64,000 nt of DNA, from positions 5,594 to 69,593 of the forward strand of contig CALVKW010000001.1 in the NCBI GenBank assembly GCA_944333345.1, written 5' to 3'. Source of the DNA: an uncultured Bacilli bacterium (lineage in GTDB: Bacteria > Bacillota_I > Bacilli_A > RF39 > UBA660). The notes beneath the pieces were generated by a model. It was given only the letters and a program-made list of their open reading frames with translations. It was not told where the DNA came from and did no database searches. This document shows positions 53,709 to 63,559 of the stretch, one piece after another (position 1 is the stretch's first letter; the number at the start of each line of letters is the position of its first letter). Made by a program: the position numbers and the translations under genes.

Positions 53709-56544
53709 TCTTAATTTTCTGAGGGGCTTTGTCTTTCTTGGAATTATCAAGTAAAAAATAATATAGAGAACCTTTAGTAATTGGAATACCCATATTGCTT
53801 AATTCTTCCGTAGCAAAATCCAAATCTTTAGCACGATAAGAAACTTTATGATTACCCAAATAAATATTTCCTGGATAAATTTTACTAACTCTACTCATTT
53901 CGGCTAATTTATTAACAGAAATAGAAAGAAAAATATCAGGGTGTTTAGTCAAATAGTTATTAATATTATCAGATTCCCATACTCGACCAATTTTTGATGC
54001 AATATCAGCAATAAATCGAGGGGAATAACCATATCTTTGATAATGTTTCACAAGATTATAAGGAACTTTTTGTTGCTGACACCTAAACATCTCATGATAA
54101 ATCTGCTTACTAGCATCGACCATAGCACACAAAAATCTTTTACGAATAGCCGCGGCTTTCTTATCAACACGAGCACTAACATCGGAATCCATATTTACAC
54201 ATAACCTACGATAAAATCTAAAATCATTCATAGAAATACCTGAGGATTGACAAAACTTACCAATAGTAGACTCATCAGAATCAACAAATTTTTTCATAAT
54301 ATCTAAAACGTTTTTTCCATATAAGTCAATATTCTCTTTCAATCTTTCTTTCGCTCTTTGTTTCGTAGATTCTCTCAACTGTTCACGGTGTCTTAAATCG
54401 ATACCCTCACGTCTTTCATGATATAAATTTAAAACACTAGCATCTTCGTCCACATCCAAATCACTCTCCAAAGATGCTTTCAATAACCTACGTTGTTTTT
54501 CAAAAGAAATGTGAAACTTTTCTTTCGCAGCTTGATAGAACTCATTCATACTAGAAAAATCATGACTAAAAAAGAACATAAATAATTTATTAGCATCCTT
54601 AACATCATCCATATATTTTCTAGCATCAGAAAAACTTATCTCTTGTATATCGCGAAGCCTGATTTCTTCACTCAACTGTCTCTTCATAACTAAAAGGGAA
54701 TCTTTTTCCTTTGGCATTTTAGAAATAGCAGAATCAATAATATCTAGAGCTTGTTTAGGAACATAGTCCGCTTGATCAACATAACGTAATATACTCTTCC
54801 CTGCTTGCATAAAAAGAATCATATTTCTAGCTTCCTCTAAAGCAATTTCATCGATTCGCTTTTGATAATAGTCACGATGTTGAGCAAAAAAATCTTTTTT
54901 AGTTAATTGCTGAGGTCTTGAATATGGTAGTTGCCCATTCAAATTTTTCCAATGAGTTTTTGCAGAATCAAAAGTGAATTCTTTTAAAGAACTTTGTTCA
55001 AAAAACAAATCTTTCCTTCTAAGAAGGCGGTTATAGTTTGCATCAATTCTCTCACTTGAAAATAAAGGGAGAGTAAAATAAGAAGGATTTTCTTTTTTAT
55101 TAAACCAAATACATAATGCCTCAACCGCTTCTTGCTCTTCTTTTGGAACAAATTCCATTAAAAAAGAATGTAAAGTATAATCAGGAAGAGTTGCTAATTT
55201 TTCAGCATAAGGTAAAAATCTATTATAATTATCTGTAGAATAAACAGTTTCCATGTTCTGTAGCTTAATTTTTGCCCGTTTAATATCATCATCTAACAAT
55301 ACTTTACCAGACTTTGTCTTCATTAACACCTCACAAAAAGGAATATATCGGGGACGTATAGTATGTTGATAAAATAAATCAAACATATAAAAATCAAAAT
55401 CCCGACTTCCCCTATATTTGCAAGAAGAAAAATTTATATCCAAAGAATTCATATAAGAAGAAAAATCTTTAAAATTAAACTCAAACTTATTTTTTCTATA
55501 TTCATAACATATCGTATATATTTTATGGAAAAATTCAGAAGATACCTTTGGTAATAAAGAAGAATCAAGTTTCTTTTCAAGTAACTGTTGTAAATCATCT
55601 TTAGGAACAATCTCCCCCGACTCCTCAAAAGTATGAATAAACGATAAGATTTGATCAAAAGTAAATACAGATTTATCTTTATATAAATGCTCAAGCTGTG
55701 GAATATGATAAAAATTTTGAGCATAATCGGTCTGTAATAATAAAACTAATTCTGGAGTAATTTCAGGATTATCAATAGAAGCAAAAACATCGTTTACATA
55801 CAAATATAAATTATTATATTTTTCTAAATTAATATCCATAGGTAAAAATTGAGAAAATACTTTAATTTTGTTATCAATATCTTCTAAAGTAACATCATCA
55901 AGCCTTAAGATATTTTCAATAACACTCTTTTCATGTCTAAAAAGAGGTATAGAAGAATAATTTAATAATTGATTTAATAATTGATAATCATCTTCTGTAA
56001 TAATATAATTGGGATTTGTAGTAATCGCATCCAAAGATGCTAACATAGCAAAAACATCACCATAAGCTCCATCTAATTTTTCTTCATGAGTTGGCATATT
56101 ATCTTCAAAATATTGTAAATTATTACCAAGTAATTCCTGCGTTAATCTCTGATATGGATTAGAAGACCAAATCAAATAATAAATAATAGGCAAATATAAA
56201 AAATCAGGAAGATTAGGATAATCCTTAGACTTTAATCTCTTCTCTATCGAAAAGGGTAAAGTAACTAAAGTATCATTCTTTCTATGACTTGGAACAATAT
56301 TATTAAAATATCGATATGCCATAGAAAATAAATCATTATCATCAAATTCAACTGGACTATAATCAATTAATAAATCATTAATTTCTTCTAAAGTAAACTG
56401 ATTCCTTGTAATAATAGAATCCACATTATGACGATCATCAGAAGGAATCGTATCTAAATAATATTCCACGTATTTAAGCATTTTCATCTTTAAATATATT
56501 TCCAAGGATTCACAAAATTTATTTGTATAATAATTCTTTTCCAT
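53689..56544 (-). CDS. Large hypothetical protein (951 aa) with no recognisable motifs
   Basis: A long uninterrupted ORF with biased composition (Y/F/D/L-rich, probably helical). It has no Walker, nuclease or transmembrane signatures. It lies between terminators and is divergent from spoVIF. Confidence 0.55.
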   Translation of the reverse strand: MEKNYYTNKFCESLEIYLKMKMLKYVEYYLDTIPSDDRHNVDSIITRNQFTLEEINDLLIDYSPVEFDDNDLFSMAYRYFNNIVPSHRKNDTLVTLPFSIEKRLKSKDYPNLPDFLYLPIIYYLIWSSNPYQRLTQELLGNNLQYFEDNMPTHEEKLDGAYGDVFAMLASLDAITTNPNYIITEDDYQLLNQLLNYSSIPLFRHEKSVIENILRLDDVTLEDIDNKIKVFSQFLPMDINLEKYNNLYLYVNDVFASIDNPEITPELVLLLQTDYAQNFYHIPQLEHLYKDKSVFTFDQILSFIHTFEESGEIVPKDDLQQLLEKKLDSSLLPKVSSEFFHKIYTICYEYRKNKFEFNFKDFSSYMNSLDINFSSCKYRGSRDFDFYMFDLFYQHTIRPRYIPFCEVLMKTKSGKVLLDDDIKRAKIKLQNMETVYSTDNYNRFLPYAEKLATLPDYTLHSFLMEFVPKEEQEAVEALCIWFNKKENPSYFTLPLFSSERIDANYNRLLRRKDLFFEQSSLKEFTFDSAKTHWKNLNGQLPYSRPQQLTKKDFFAQHRDYYQKRIDEIALEEARNMILFMQAGKSILRYVDQADYVPKQALDIIDSAISKMPKEKDSLLVMKRQLSEEIRLRDIQEISFSDARKYMDDVKDANKLFMFFFSHDFSSMNEFYQAAKEKFHISFEKQRRLLKASLESDLDVDEDASVLNLYHERREGIDLRHREQLRESTKQRAKERLKENIDLYGKNVLDIMKKFVDSDESTIGKFCQSSGISMNDFRFYRRLCVNMDSDVSARVDKKAAAIRKRFLCAMVDASKQIYHEMFRCQQQKVPYNLVKHYQRYGYSPRFIADIASKIGRVWESDNINNYLTKHPDIFLSISVNKLAEMSRVSKIYPGNIYLGNHKVSYRAKDLDFATEELSNMGIPITKGSLYYFLLDNSKKDKAPQKIKIEKKST

Positions 56545-56633
56545 AGTATTATATCCCCCAATTAGTGGCTAAATTATATCATAATTATTAAAAAAAGTCA
56601 ACGAAATGCATATACTAAGATAGGAGGAAGTAT

Positions 56634-56873
56634 ATGTTTGGAGATAACTTTTTTAAACGTGTCGAAAATAAAACAAATGTAGATAAAAATACAATTTTAT
56701 CTTTAGCAAAAAAAATACAAAACGCAAATATGAAAGATGAAAAAACATTAAGAGAAGTAATAAAAGAAATAAGTGAGATGACAGGAAAAGAAGTAACAAA
56801 AGAAAAAGAAGATAAAATTATAAATGCAATCTTAAAAGATAACGTTCCACAAAACATAGATAAAATGTTTTAA
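56634..56873 (+). CDS. spoVIF: Stage VI sporulation protein F (SpoVIF/YjcC family)
   Basis: MFGDNFFKRVENKT...IQNANMKDEKTLREVI aligns with B. subtilis SpoVIF (QFFKKIEQKT...LQNANFKDENTVRNVI). The RBS is TAGGAGGAAG. Confidence 0.7.
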   Translation: MFGDNFFKRVENKTNVDKNTILSLAKKIQNANMKDEKTLREVIKEISEMTGKEVTKEKEDKIINAILKDNVPQNIDKMF

Positions 56874-56940
56874 ATACCATTAAGGTATTTTTCTTATGTT
56901 AAAATTATGTTAAAATAAAAGAAAGTAAGAAGGTGTTCAT

Positions 56941-57975
56941 ATGTACTGTTTTAGATGTGGTACCAAAGTAGATGATAAGATAGAATATTGTCCTCATTGT
57001 GGAGCAAATGTAAAAGAGGAATTAGCAAGATATAGCTATCCAAGGAATCAACAAGAAGAGCAAAAGCCAAAAATAAATCAAACTCATGAAGATCAATACA
57101 TATATAGTCTAAAGTATAGTTATGGAGATAAGGAAGAATTTATAAGAGCTTATGTAAGAAATAATTATGATAAAATTAAAAATTCAAAATTTTCACTTTC
57201 TACATTCTTTTTTGGACCTATTTATTTCTTTTACAGAAAATTATATAAAATAGGTATAATATGGTTAGTAATCAGTATCATCCTCGGATGGGCCTTTCCA
57301 ATTCTAGCACTAATAATTAGAATTATACTTTCTATAAACTTTTCAAACACATATTTAAAAGAAGTTGAAAAAAGAGTAAAAACAATCAGAACACAAAATA
57401 AAAATTTAGACAAAGAAACATTATTAAACCGTTGTAAAATAAAAGGTGGTACAAATATCCTAATAGTCATTATTTATATTGTTTTTTGGATAATAGTAAT
57501 AATATCGTTCATAACCTATTTCACCCAAAATATATATCAAGAATTAACACAGTCTACATTAGAAAATGAGGAGAATTTTTCTATAGGAAATATCTCCTAT
57601 ACAATTCCCGAAGGATTTAGTCAAAATGGAATTTCAACATATAAATATTATGGTATATATACAGACACAGGATACTGTAACATTTCATTTTCATTAGACA
57701 GTAATACAAACTACTACACAACAGAAGAAGAATATCTAACAAGTATCACAACCCATACCGACGAAAGTTATATAATAAGTCCAATGGATGATATCAGATT
57801 AAATAATAGGCCATGGAAACATATAACAATAGCGTCTTCCTATGATATAAATGACAATTATGTAATGAGAACACCAGATTATATTTACGAAATAGAAACA
57901 AGATATAGTCCAGAAGAGACAAAATGCAAGGAATATTATAATCAAATATTAAATTCCATAACTTATAAAGAATGA
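56941..57975 (+). CDS. Zinc-ribbon plus DUF2628-like membrane protein
   Basis: N-terminal CFRCG..CPHCG ribbon. The FFFGPIYFFYRKLYKIG block resembles the DUF2628 signature. Several transmembrane helices follow. Confidence 0.55.
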   Translation: MYCFRCGTKVDDKIEYCPHCGANVKEELARYSYPRNQQEEQKPKINQTHEDQYIYSLKYSYGDKEEFIRAYVRNNYDKIKNSKFSLSTFFFGPIYFFYRKLYKIGIIWLVISIILGWAFPILALIIRIILSINFSNTYLKEVEKRVKTIRTQNKNLDKETLLNRCKIKGGTNILIVIIYIVFWIIVIISFITYFTQNIYQELTQSTLENEENFSIGNISYTIPEGFSQNGISTYKYYGIYTDTGYCNISFSLDSNTNYYTTEEEYLTSITTHTDESYIISPMDDIRLNNRPWKHITIASSYDINDNYVMRTPDYIYEIETRYSPEETKCKEYYNQILNSITYKE

Positions 57976-58039
57976 TAAAAATATCGTTCTTTTTTTTTAT
58001 TTAGTAGCATAAAGTTAACTGTATAAGGAGAATGTGTAT

Positions 58040-59515
58040 ATGGATAAACAAGAAATTATTAAAAATATTGCAAAGAGAAGCGGCGGAGATATTTATCTAG
58101 GTGTGGTAGGTGCAGTAAGAACAGGTAAATCCACTTTTATTAAAAGAATGGTAGAGACTTTAATTGTTCCTAACATTGAAGATGAATATGAAAGAAAAAG
58201 AGCATTAGATGAAATACCTCAAAGTGCTGCTGGAAAAACAATCATGACAACGGAACCAAAATTTGTCCCTAATAATACTGCCAAAATAAAAATTGACGAC
58301 TTTACTTGTAATATTAGATTAATAGACTGCGTAGGATACATGATAGATAAAGCTCTGGGAGCAACAGATGAAAATGGTCCAAGAATGGTAAAAACACCAT
58401 GGTACACAGAAGAAATCCCATTTATAGAAGCTGCAGAAATAGGAACAGAAAAAGTAATTAAAGATCACTCTACTATCGGTATTGTAATAACAACAGATGG
58501 CTCTATTGGAGAATTTGAAAGAGGAGACTATATTGAAGCCGAAACAAGAGTCATAGAGGAGCTAAAAAGTATTGGCAAACCATTTATTGTAATTTTAAAC
58601 TCTACTCACCCAACACTACCAGAAACACAAAGAATGGCTGAAGCATTAAAAGAAGAACACCAAATTCCTGTACTTCCTATTAGTATAGAAGCAATGAACG
58701 AAAAAGATATGTATGATATATTAAGAGAAGCTCTATACGAATTTCCAGTTTTAGAAGTAAAAGTAAATATGCCAGAATGGATAGCAATATTAAATCCCGA
58801 TCATCCAGTAAAAGAAAATTACATAAATGCTATTAGAGAAAGTGTAATAGAAATAGACAAATTAAAAGATATAGAACATATTACAGAACACTTTTTAAAT
58901 AATAACATGATAGAAAAAGCTTATTTATCAGAAGTAGATCCCGCAACCGGTATCATTACCATTACTTTGACTGCTCCAGGAAATTTATATAATGAAGTAT
59001 TAACAGACATTATCAAAATAGATGTAAAAAATAAAGCGGATTTACTAGCTTTATTCCAAGAATTCAATACCGCAAAAAAAGAGTATGACCAAATAAAATA
59101 TGCTCTAAAAATGGTAAAACAAACCGGTTATGGAGTAGCGACACCATCTATCGAAGACATGAAATTAGACAAACCAGAAATCGTAAAACAAGGTCCTAGA
59201 TATGGCGTAAAATTAAAAGCCGTTGCTCCATCAATTCATATGATTAGAGTCGATGTAGAATCCACATTTGAACCAATCATCGGTAGTGAAGTACAAAGTA
59301 AAGAATTAATAGACTATTTAACAAAAGACAAAGAGAAAAATCCAAGTGAAATATGGAAAAGCGAAATATTTGGTCGAAGTCTTGATTCTATTGTTCAAGA
59401 AGGAATTCAATCTAAAATTAACATGATGCCAGATAACATCAGATTAAAATTACAAACTACTCTAACAAAAGTAGTAAACAAAGGATCAAATAATATGATA
59501 GCAATAGTAATATAA
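58040..59515 (+). CDS. spoIVA: Stage IV sporulation protein A (spore coat basement-layer ATPase)
   Basis: NIAKRSGGDIYLGVVGAVRTGKSTFIKRMVE...PQSAAGKTIMTTEPKFVPN is near-identical to the B. subtilis SpoIVA N-terminus. The RBS AAGGAG lies 8 nt upstream of the ATG at 58040. Confidence 0.95.
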   Translation: MDKQEIIKNIAKRSGGDIYLGVVGAVRTGKSTFIKRMVETLIVPNIEDEYERKRALDEIPQSAAGKTIMTTEPKFVPNNTAKIKIDDFTCNIRLIDCVGYMIDKALGATDENGPRMVKTPWYTEEIPFIEAAEIGTEKVIKDHSTIGIVITTDGSIGEFERGDYIEAETRVIEELKSIGKPFIVILNSTHPTLPETQRMAEALKEEHQIPVLPISIEAMNEKDMYDILREALYEFPVLEVKVNMPEWIAILNPDHPVKENYINAIRESVIEIDKLKDIEHITEHFLNNNMIEKAYLSEVDPATGIITITLTAPGNLYNEVLTDIIKIDVKNKADLLALFQEFNTAKKEYDQIKYALKMVKQTGYGVATPSIEDMKLDKPEIVKQGPRYGVKLKAVAPSIHMIRVDVESTFEPIIGSEVQSKELIDYLTKDKEKNPSEIWKSEIFGRSLDSIVQEGIQSKINMMPDNIRLKLQTTLTKVVNKGSNNMIAIVI

Positions 59516-59517
59516 AA

Positions 59518-59548
59518 AACACTCCACATAAAATGTGGAATGTTTTAT
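59518..59548 (+). terminator. Intrinsic terminator after spoIVA (AACACTCCACAT-AAA-ATGTGGAATGTT followed by a T-rich tract)
   Basis: A 12-bp stem with one mismatch plus a T-rich tract sits right after the stop. Confidence 0.45.
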
Positions 59549-60240
59549 TATGATTGAACAAGAGAAGTAAGAGAAGTATATTGATTTACTAAATCTTCTG
59601 TTGAAAACTGAATTTCATTATTTTCAATTTTCCAATCATTCTGATAAGTAGATAAAAAAGAAAGCACTTCTAGACTACCATCATAAATTTGATTAAGATT
59701 ATCTTTACTTTGAACTAAAGACTCTTTAACATTTTGTAATTTATCATAAATTCCATAATTAAACATCATATCTTCAAATAGATTTTGATAATAAGAAGAA
59801 AGATCACTTCCCTGAATAAATTCCTGAATAGATGATTTCTCACAAAAAGAAAGTAAGGTATCCATATCTTGATTAAATTTTTCTTTCTGCTCTGATAAAT
59901 AATCAATACTAGTAGAAAAATTAGGACCATCTTCCATATAATTTGAAACAGAAAGTAACGATTTCAACTTTTCATCTTGACTATAAGAATTAACAATCTC
60001 AAATTGCTTTCTAAATTGCGAAAGATAAGATTGAATAGACTCTTCCACCACCAAATAATCACCAGTAACGTTAGAATCAGAAAAAGAAACATCATCTAAT
60101 AAATTTTGTTTAGAAAATTCTAAAACATCACTTGCTAGTCGTTCTTCTTGCACTTCTCTATTAATAAAAAAATATCCAACAAATAAAACGACGAGCAAAA
60201 CTAAAAATAAAACTATATATAAATATTTATATTTCCTCAT
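59548..60240 (-). CDS. Hypothetical membrane-anchored protein (230 aa)
   Basis: N-terminal transmembrane helix and no motif. Confidence 0.4.
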   Translation of the reverse strand: MRKYKYLYIVLFLVLLVVLFVGYFFINREVQEERLASDVLEFSKQNLLDDVSFSDSNVTGDYLVVEESIQSYLSQFRKQFEIVNSYSQDEKLKSLLSVSNYMEDGPNFSTSIDYLSEQKEKFNQDMDTLLSFCEKSSIQEFIQGSDLSSYYQNLFEDMMFNYGIYDKLQNVKESLVQSKDNLNQIYDGSLEVLSFLSTYQNDWKIENNEIQFSTEDLVNQYTSLTSLVQS

Positions 60241-60288
60241 AAAATCACCAAGTCATATTATAAGACAAATATCTGAAAAAATCAAAAA

Positions 60289-60738
60289 TTAACACTTCCT
60301 CCAATGTTTCATAACAGAATATAAACTGTCACCATAAATAAAATCACCAAATTCTAAAACAGATAAAATATCACTAATATCATCTACATCACAATAAAAA
60401 TTATTCTTGTCTGTATAAATGGAAACATTTCTAGGTAAAACAAAATAATCAGAAGTTTTAAAATAAACCTTCTCATCTAAAAAAACTACTACTCTAAAAT
60501 CTAAAGAATTATCATATTCAAATTCCTCTACTTGCAGCAAATCTAAAAACAAACCAACTTTTCTATGAACATAAACTTTTACTTTATAAAAACCACGTAA
60601 TAATAACTTATCTTTTAATTTTTCAAGTAATAACTTAACTGTTTTAACAATACTATCTTTCGTAAATTCTATATCTTCTAAATAAAAAGAATTAAAAAAG
60701 ATTAAAAAATGACGTAAATTAATTCTTTCAATTTTCAT
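60289..60738 (-). CDS. mecA: MecA-like adaptor protein (short form, about 149 aa)
   Basis: The MKIERIN start is comparable to MecA MEIERIN. The C-terminal EFGDF block is comparable to MecA RFGDFED. The RBS AGGTGGA precedes this ATG. Confidence 0.5.
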   Translation of the reverse strand: MKIERINLRHFLIFFNSFYLEDIEFTKDSIVKTVKLLLEKLKDKLLLRGFYKVKVYVHRKVGLFLDLLQVEEFEYDNSLDFRVVVFLDEKVYFKTSDYFVLPRNVSIYTDKNNFYCDVDDISDILSVLEFGDFIYGDSLYSVMKHWRKC

Positions 60739-60769
60739 ATATCCACCTAATGTAATATATGAAAAAAGT

Positions 60770-61366
60770 CTAAATAACATCACCGTTAATTAGACTTTCT
60801 ATTTTTTTAACTACTTCTTTCACTCCTAATTTAGTAACGCTAGAAAAAACTACCAAATCATCTCCAACTACTAAATCTAAAGTATCTAAAATATCTTTTA
60901 AATTTTTTTCTTTTTTACTACCACCGACTTTATCAGCTTTCGTTGCAATAACAGTAACTGGTAAATTATAATACTTTAAAAAATTATACATTAATAAATC
61001 ATCTTCTGTAGGTTTATGACGAAAATCGATCAATAGAAAAACTCTTTTCAATACATCACGCTTTTCTAAATATTCTTCTATCATCATACCAAATTTAGAT
61101 TGTGTTTTTTTATCAACAGAAGCATAACCATAACCAGGGACATCAATTAAGTAAAAACTATCATTCACAGAATAAAAATTTAAGGTTTGTGTTTTTCCTG
61201 GCCGAGAAGAAGTATATGCTAAATTTTTTCTAGAAAGTATCGCATTAATAAAACTACTCTTTCCAACATTACTACGACCTACTAATAAAAATTCGGGTTT
61301 CCCTTCTTCAGGATACTGACTTCGTCTTGTCGCAATAATTTCCAAACTAGCATCTTTAATTACCAT
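60770..61366 (-). CDS. engB: Ribosome biogenesis GTPase EngB/YsxC
   Basis: GRSNVGKSS P-loop with DxPG and KxDK blocks. The length is about 198 aa. Confidence 0.9.
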   Translation of the reverse strand: MVIKDASLEIIATRRSQYPEEGKPEFLLVGRSNVGKSSFINAILSRKNLAYTSSRPGKTQTLNFYSVNDSFYLIDVPGYGYASVDKKTQSKFGMMIEEYLEKRDVLKRVFLLIDFRHKPTEDDLLMYNFLKYYNLPVTVIATKADKVGGSKKEKNLKDILDTLDLVVGDDLVVFSSVTKLGVKEVVKKIESLINGDVI

Positions 61367-62315
61367 CTGACTTCACCTCACTATTATATTCCATCAATAC
61401 TTGATCTAAATCTCTCATAAGATCCATAGCCTCATCAAAAGTTTTTACCCTAGCTCCACTAGCAAATTTATGTCCTCCACCATGATACTTTTCTGCAATA
61501 TGATTAATAATAGGACCACGAGATCGAATAGAAATACGAATTTGCTTATTCTTAATATCTTCAGTAATTGTTGCCCAAACAAGAACTTCTTTAATAAAAT
61601 TAAAATCATTAATCATATTACCAGCAGAAGCACTGTCAACACCCAATTTCTGAATAATCGCATCCGTAATTTTTATATATCCCAAACCATGTTCAGAAAC
61701 TACCATATTAGAAGAAATATAACCTTCTAATCGTACTTCATTTAAAGGTCTAAGATAAAGTTTTTGATATGCCTGAGAAATATCAAAAGGATATTTAGCT
61801 AAATAATAAGAAACCAAAGAAAATGTCTCAGAAGTACAACTATTAAACAAAAAACGATTAGAGTCAGATACAAGACCCATAAATAACAATTCTGAAATAC
61901 TAGAATTTACTAATAATTTTGTTTGTAATAGAAAATCCATAATGATTTCACAAGTAGAAGATGCTTTATCATCTATATATTCTAGCCCTTGAAAAGACTC
62001 GACAAATGGATGATGATCTATCTTAATAACATCAGAAAATTTAGAAACATCCACAGAATCCACTCTCTTTTTATCAGGTGTATCCAAAACAATTAATAAA
62101 GCGTCCTCTACTTCCTCTAACCGATCAAGCTTTCCAATATGAATAAACTTAGCACTACCAGTACCAACGGATAATACCTTTTTATCAGGAAAATTTAATT
62201 TAATTACATCCCTAAGAGCAAGCTGACTACATAAAGCATCAGGATCAACACCAATATGTCTAGCAATTACAATAGTATTATACTTTTTTATCATCTTTAG
62301 TATCTTTTTATACAT
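61356..62315 (-). CDS. nrnA: DHH/DHHA1 phosphoesterase (NrnA-like oligoribonuclease / pAp phosphatase)
   Basis: DHH motif (IKIDHHP), the N-terminal Asp cluster (HIGVDPDALCS), and a C-terminal GGGH (DHHA1) block. Confidence 0.8.
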   Translation of the reverse strand: MYKKILKMIKKYNTIVIARHIGVDPDALCSQLALRDVIKLNFPDKKVLSVGTGSAKFIHIGKLDRLEEVEDALLIVLDTPDKKRVDSVDVSKFSDVIKIDHHPFVESFQGLEYIDDKASSTCEIIMDFLLQTKLLVNSSISELLFMGLVSDSNRFLFNSCTSETFSLVSYYLAKYPFDISQAYQKLYLRPLNEVRLEGYISSNMVVSEHGLGYIKITDAIIQKLGVDSASAGNMINDFNFIKEVLVWATITEDIKNKQIRISIRSRGPIINHIAEKYHGGGHKFASGARVKTFDEAMDLMRDLDQVLMEYNSEVKSDGN

Positions 62316-62325
62316 ACTAATCTTC

Positions 62326-63507
62326 CTATCTATTAATCAAATCTAACGTATCTCTAGCAATCATTAATTCTTCATCCGTTGAAATAACATAAACTGCAAT
62401 GGAAGAATCATCTGTACTAATTTTAACAACTTCTCCACGCTTATTATTTTGATCCAAATCAATTTTTACTCCTAAACAAGCAAGTTCTTCACAAATCTGT
62501 CTACGAACAGGAATACTGTTTTCTCCAACTCCTGCAGTAAAGGCAATGACATCAGCACCACCTAATAATACATAATATTGAGCAATATAGTCAACGACAC
62601 GACGTACATATTTATCACGAGCAATAACAGCTTTTTCATCCTGAAGATCACAACGCTCTAAAATATCACGCATATCACTGCTGTATTCACTTATTCCAAA
62701 TAACCCACTTTTCTTATTTAAATCATCAATAACTTCACTTGCATTCTTTCCTTCTTGCTCCATAACATAAGGAATAATAGAAGGATCGATATCACCAGAA
62801 CGAGTTCCCATCATAATACCAGCAAGAGGAGTAAATCCCATAGAAGTATCAACACATTTACCATCTTTAACAGCAGTAATACTTCCGCCATTACCAATAT
62901 GACAACTAATTAAACGGAATTCATCCTTTCCCAAAATATTCTTAACCATATTAGTAATATAACGATGAGAAGTACCATGGAAACCATATTTACGAACTCC
63001 ATAATCCTGATACCAAGAATAAGGAACAGGATAAAGATATGTCGTAGCATCCATACTTTGATGAAATGCTGTATCAAACACTCCCACCATAGGAACATTA
63101 GGTAAAACTTCTCTAAAGGCATTAATACCTAAAATATTAGCAGGATTATGAAGTGGAGCAAAGCATTTAAATTTTTCTAAATCCTCCACAACTTCATCAG
63201 TGATAATAACAGATTCACTATATTTATCTTTACCATGAACCAAACGATGTCCTACACCATCAATTTCATCTAAAGAATGAATAATTCCCAAATCAACTAA
63301 TTTATCTAATAAAACTTTAACAGCATCAGTATGAGTATTTAACTCTATCTCCTGACTAATTTTCTCTCCATTAAATTTAATTGTATATTTACTTCCTTCA
63401 ATACCAATACGTTCAAATAGTCCACTAGCAATAACACTTTCATCAGTCATATTAAACAAGCTGAATTTTAAGGAACTACTTCCCGCATTAATAGAAATAA
63501 TTTTCAT
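62326..63507 (-). CDS. ackA: Acetate kinase
   Basis: MKIISINAGSSSLKF N-terminus and ASKHGT-fold blocks. The length is 393 aa. Confidence 0.95.
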   Translation of the reverse strand: MKIISINAGSSSLKFSLFNMTDESVIASGLFERIGIEGSKYTIKFNGEKISQEIELNTHTDAVKVLLDKLVDLGIIHSLDEIDGVGHRLVHGKDKYSESVIITDEVVEDLEKFKCFAPLHNPANILGINAFREVLPNVPMVGVFDTAFHQSMDATTYLYPVPYSWYQDYGVRKYGFHGTSHRYITNMVKNILGKDEFRLISCHIGNGGSITAVKDGKCVDTSMGFTPLAGIMMGTRSGDIDPSIIPYVMEQEGKNASEVIDDLNKKSGLFGISEYSSDMRDILERCDLQDEKAVIARDKYVRRVVDYIAQYYVLLGGADVIAFTAGVGENSIPVRRQICEELACLGVKIDLDQNNKRGEVVKISTDDSSIAVYVISTDEELMIARDTLDLINR

Positions 63508-63559
63508 AACATCCCTCTTTCCATAATCTATAACTATTATACTACAAGGTAACTAAAAA

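Noticed and set aside
56615-56857. 80-aa minus-strand ORF antisense to spoVIF
   Set aside because: It is an antisense frame of a conserved gene. The hydrophobic product is typical of AT-rich antisense artefacts.
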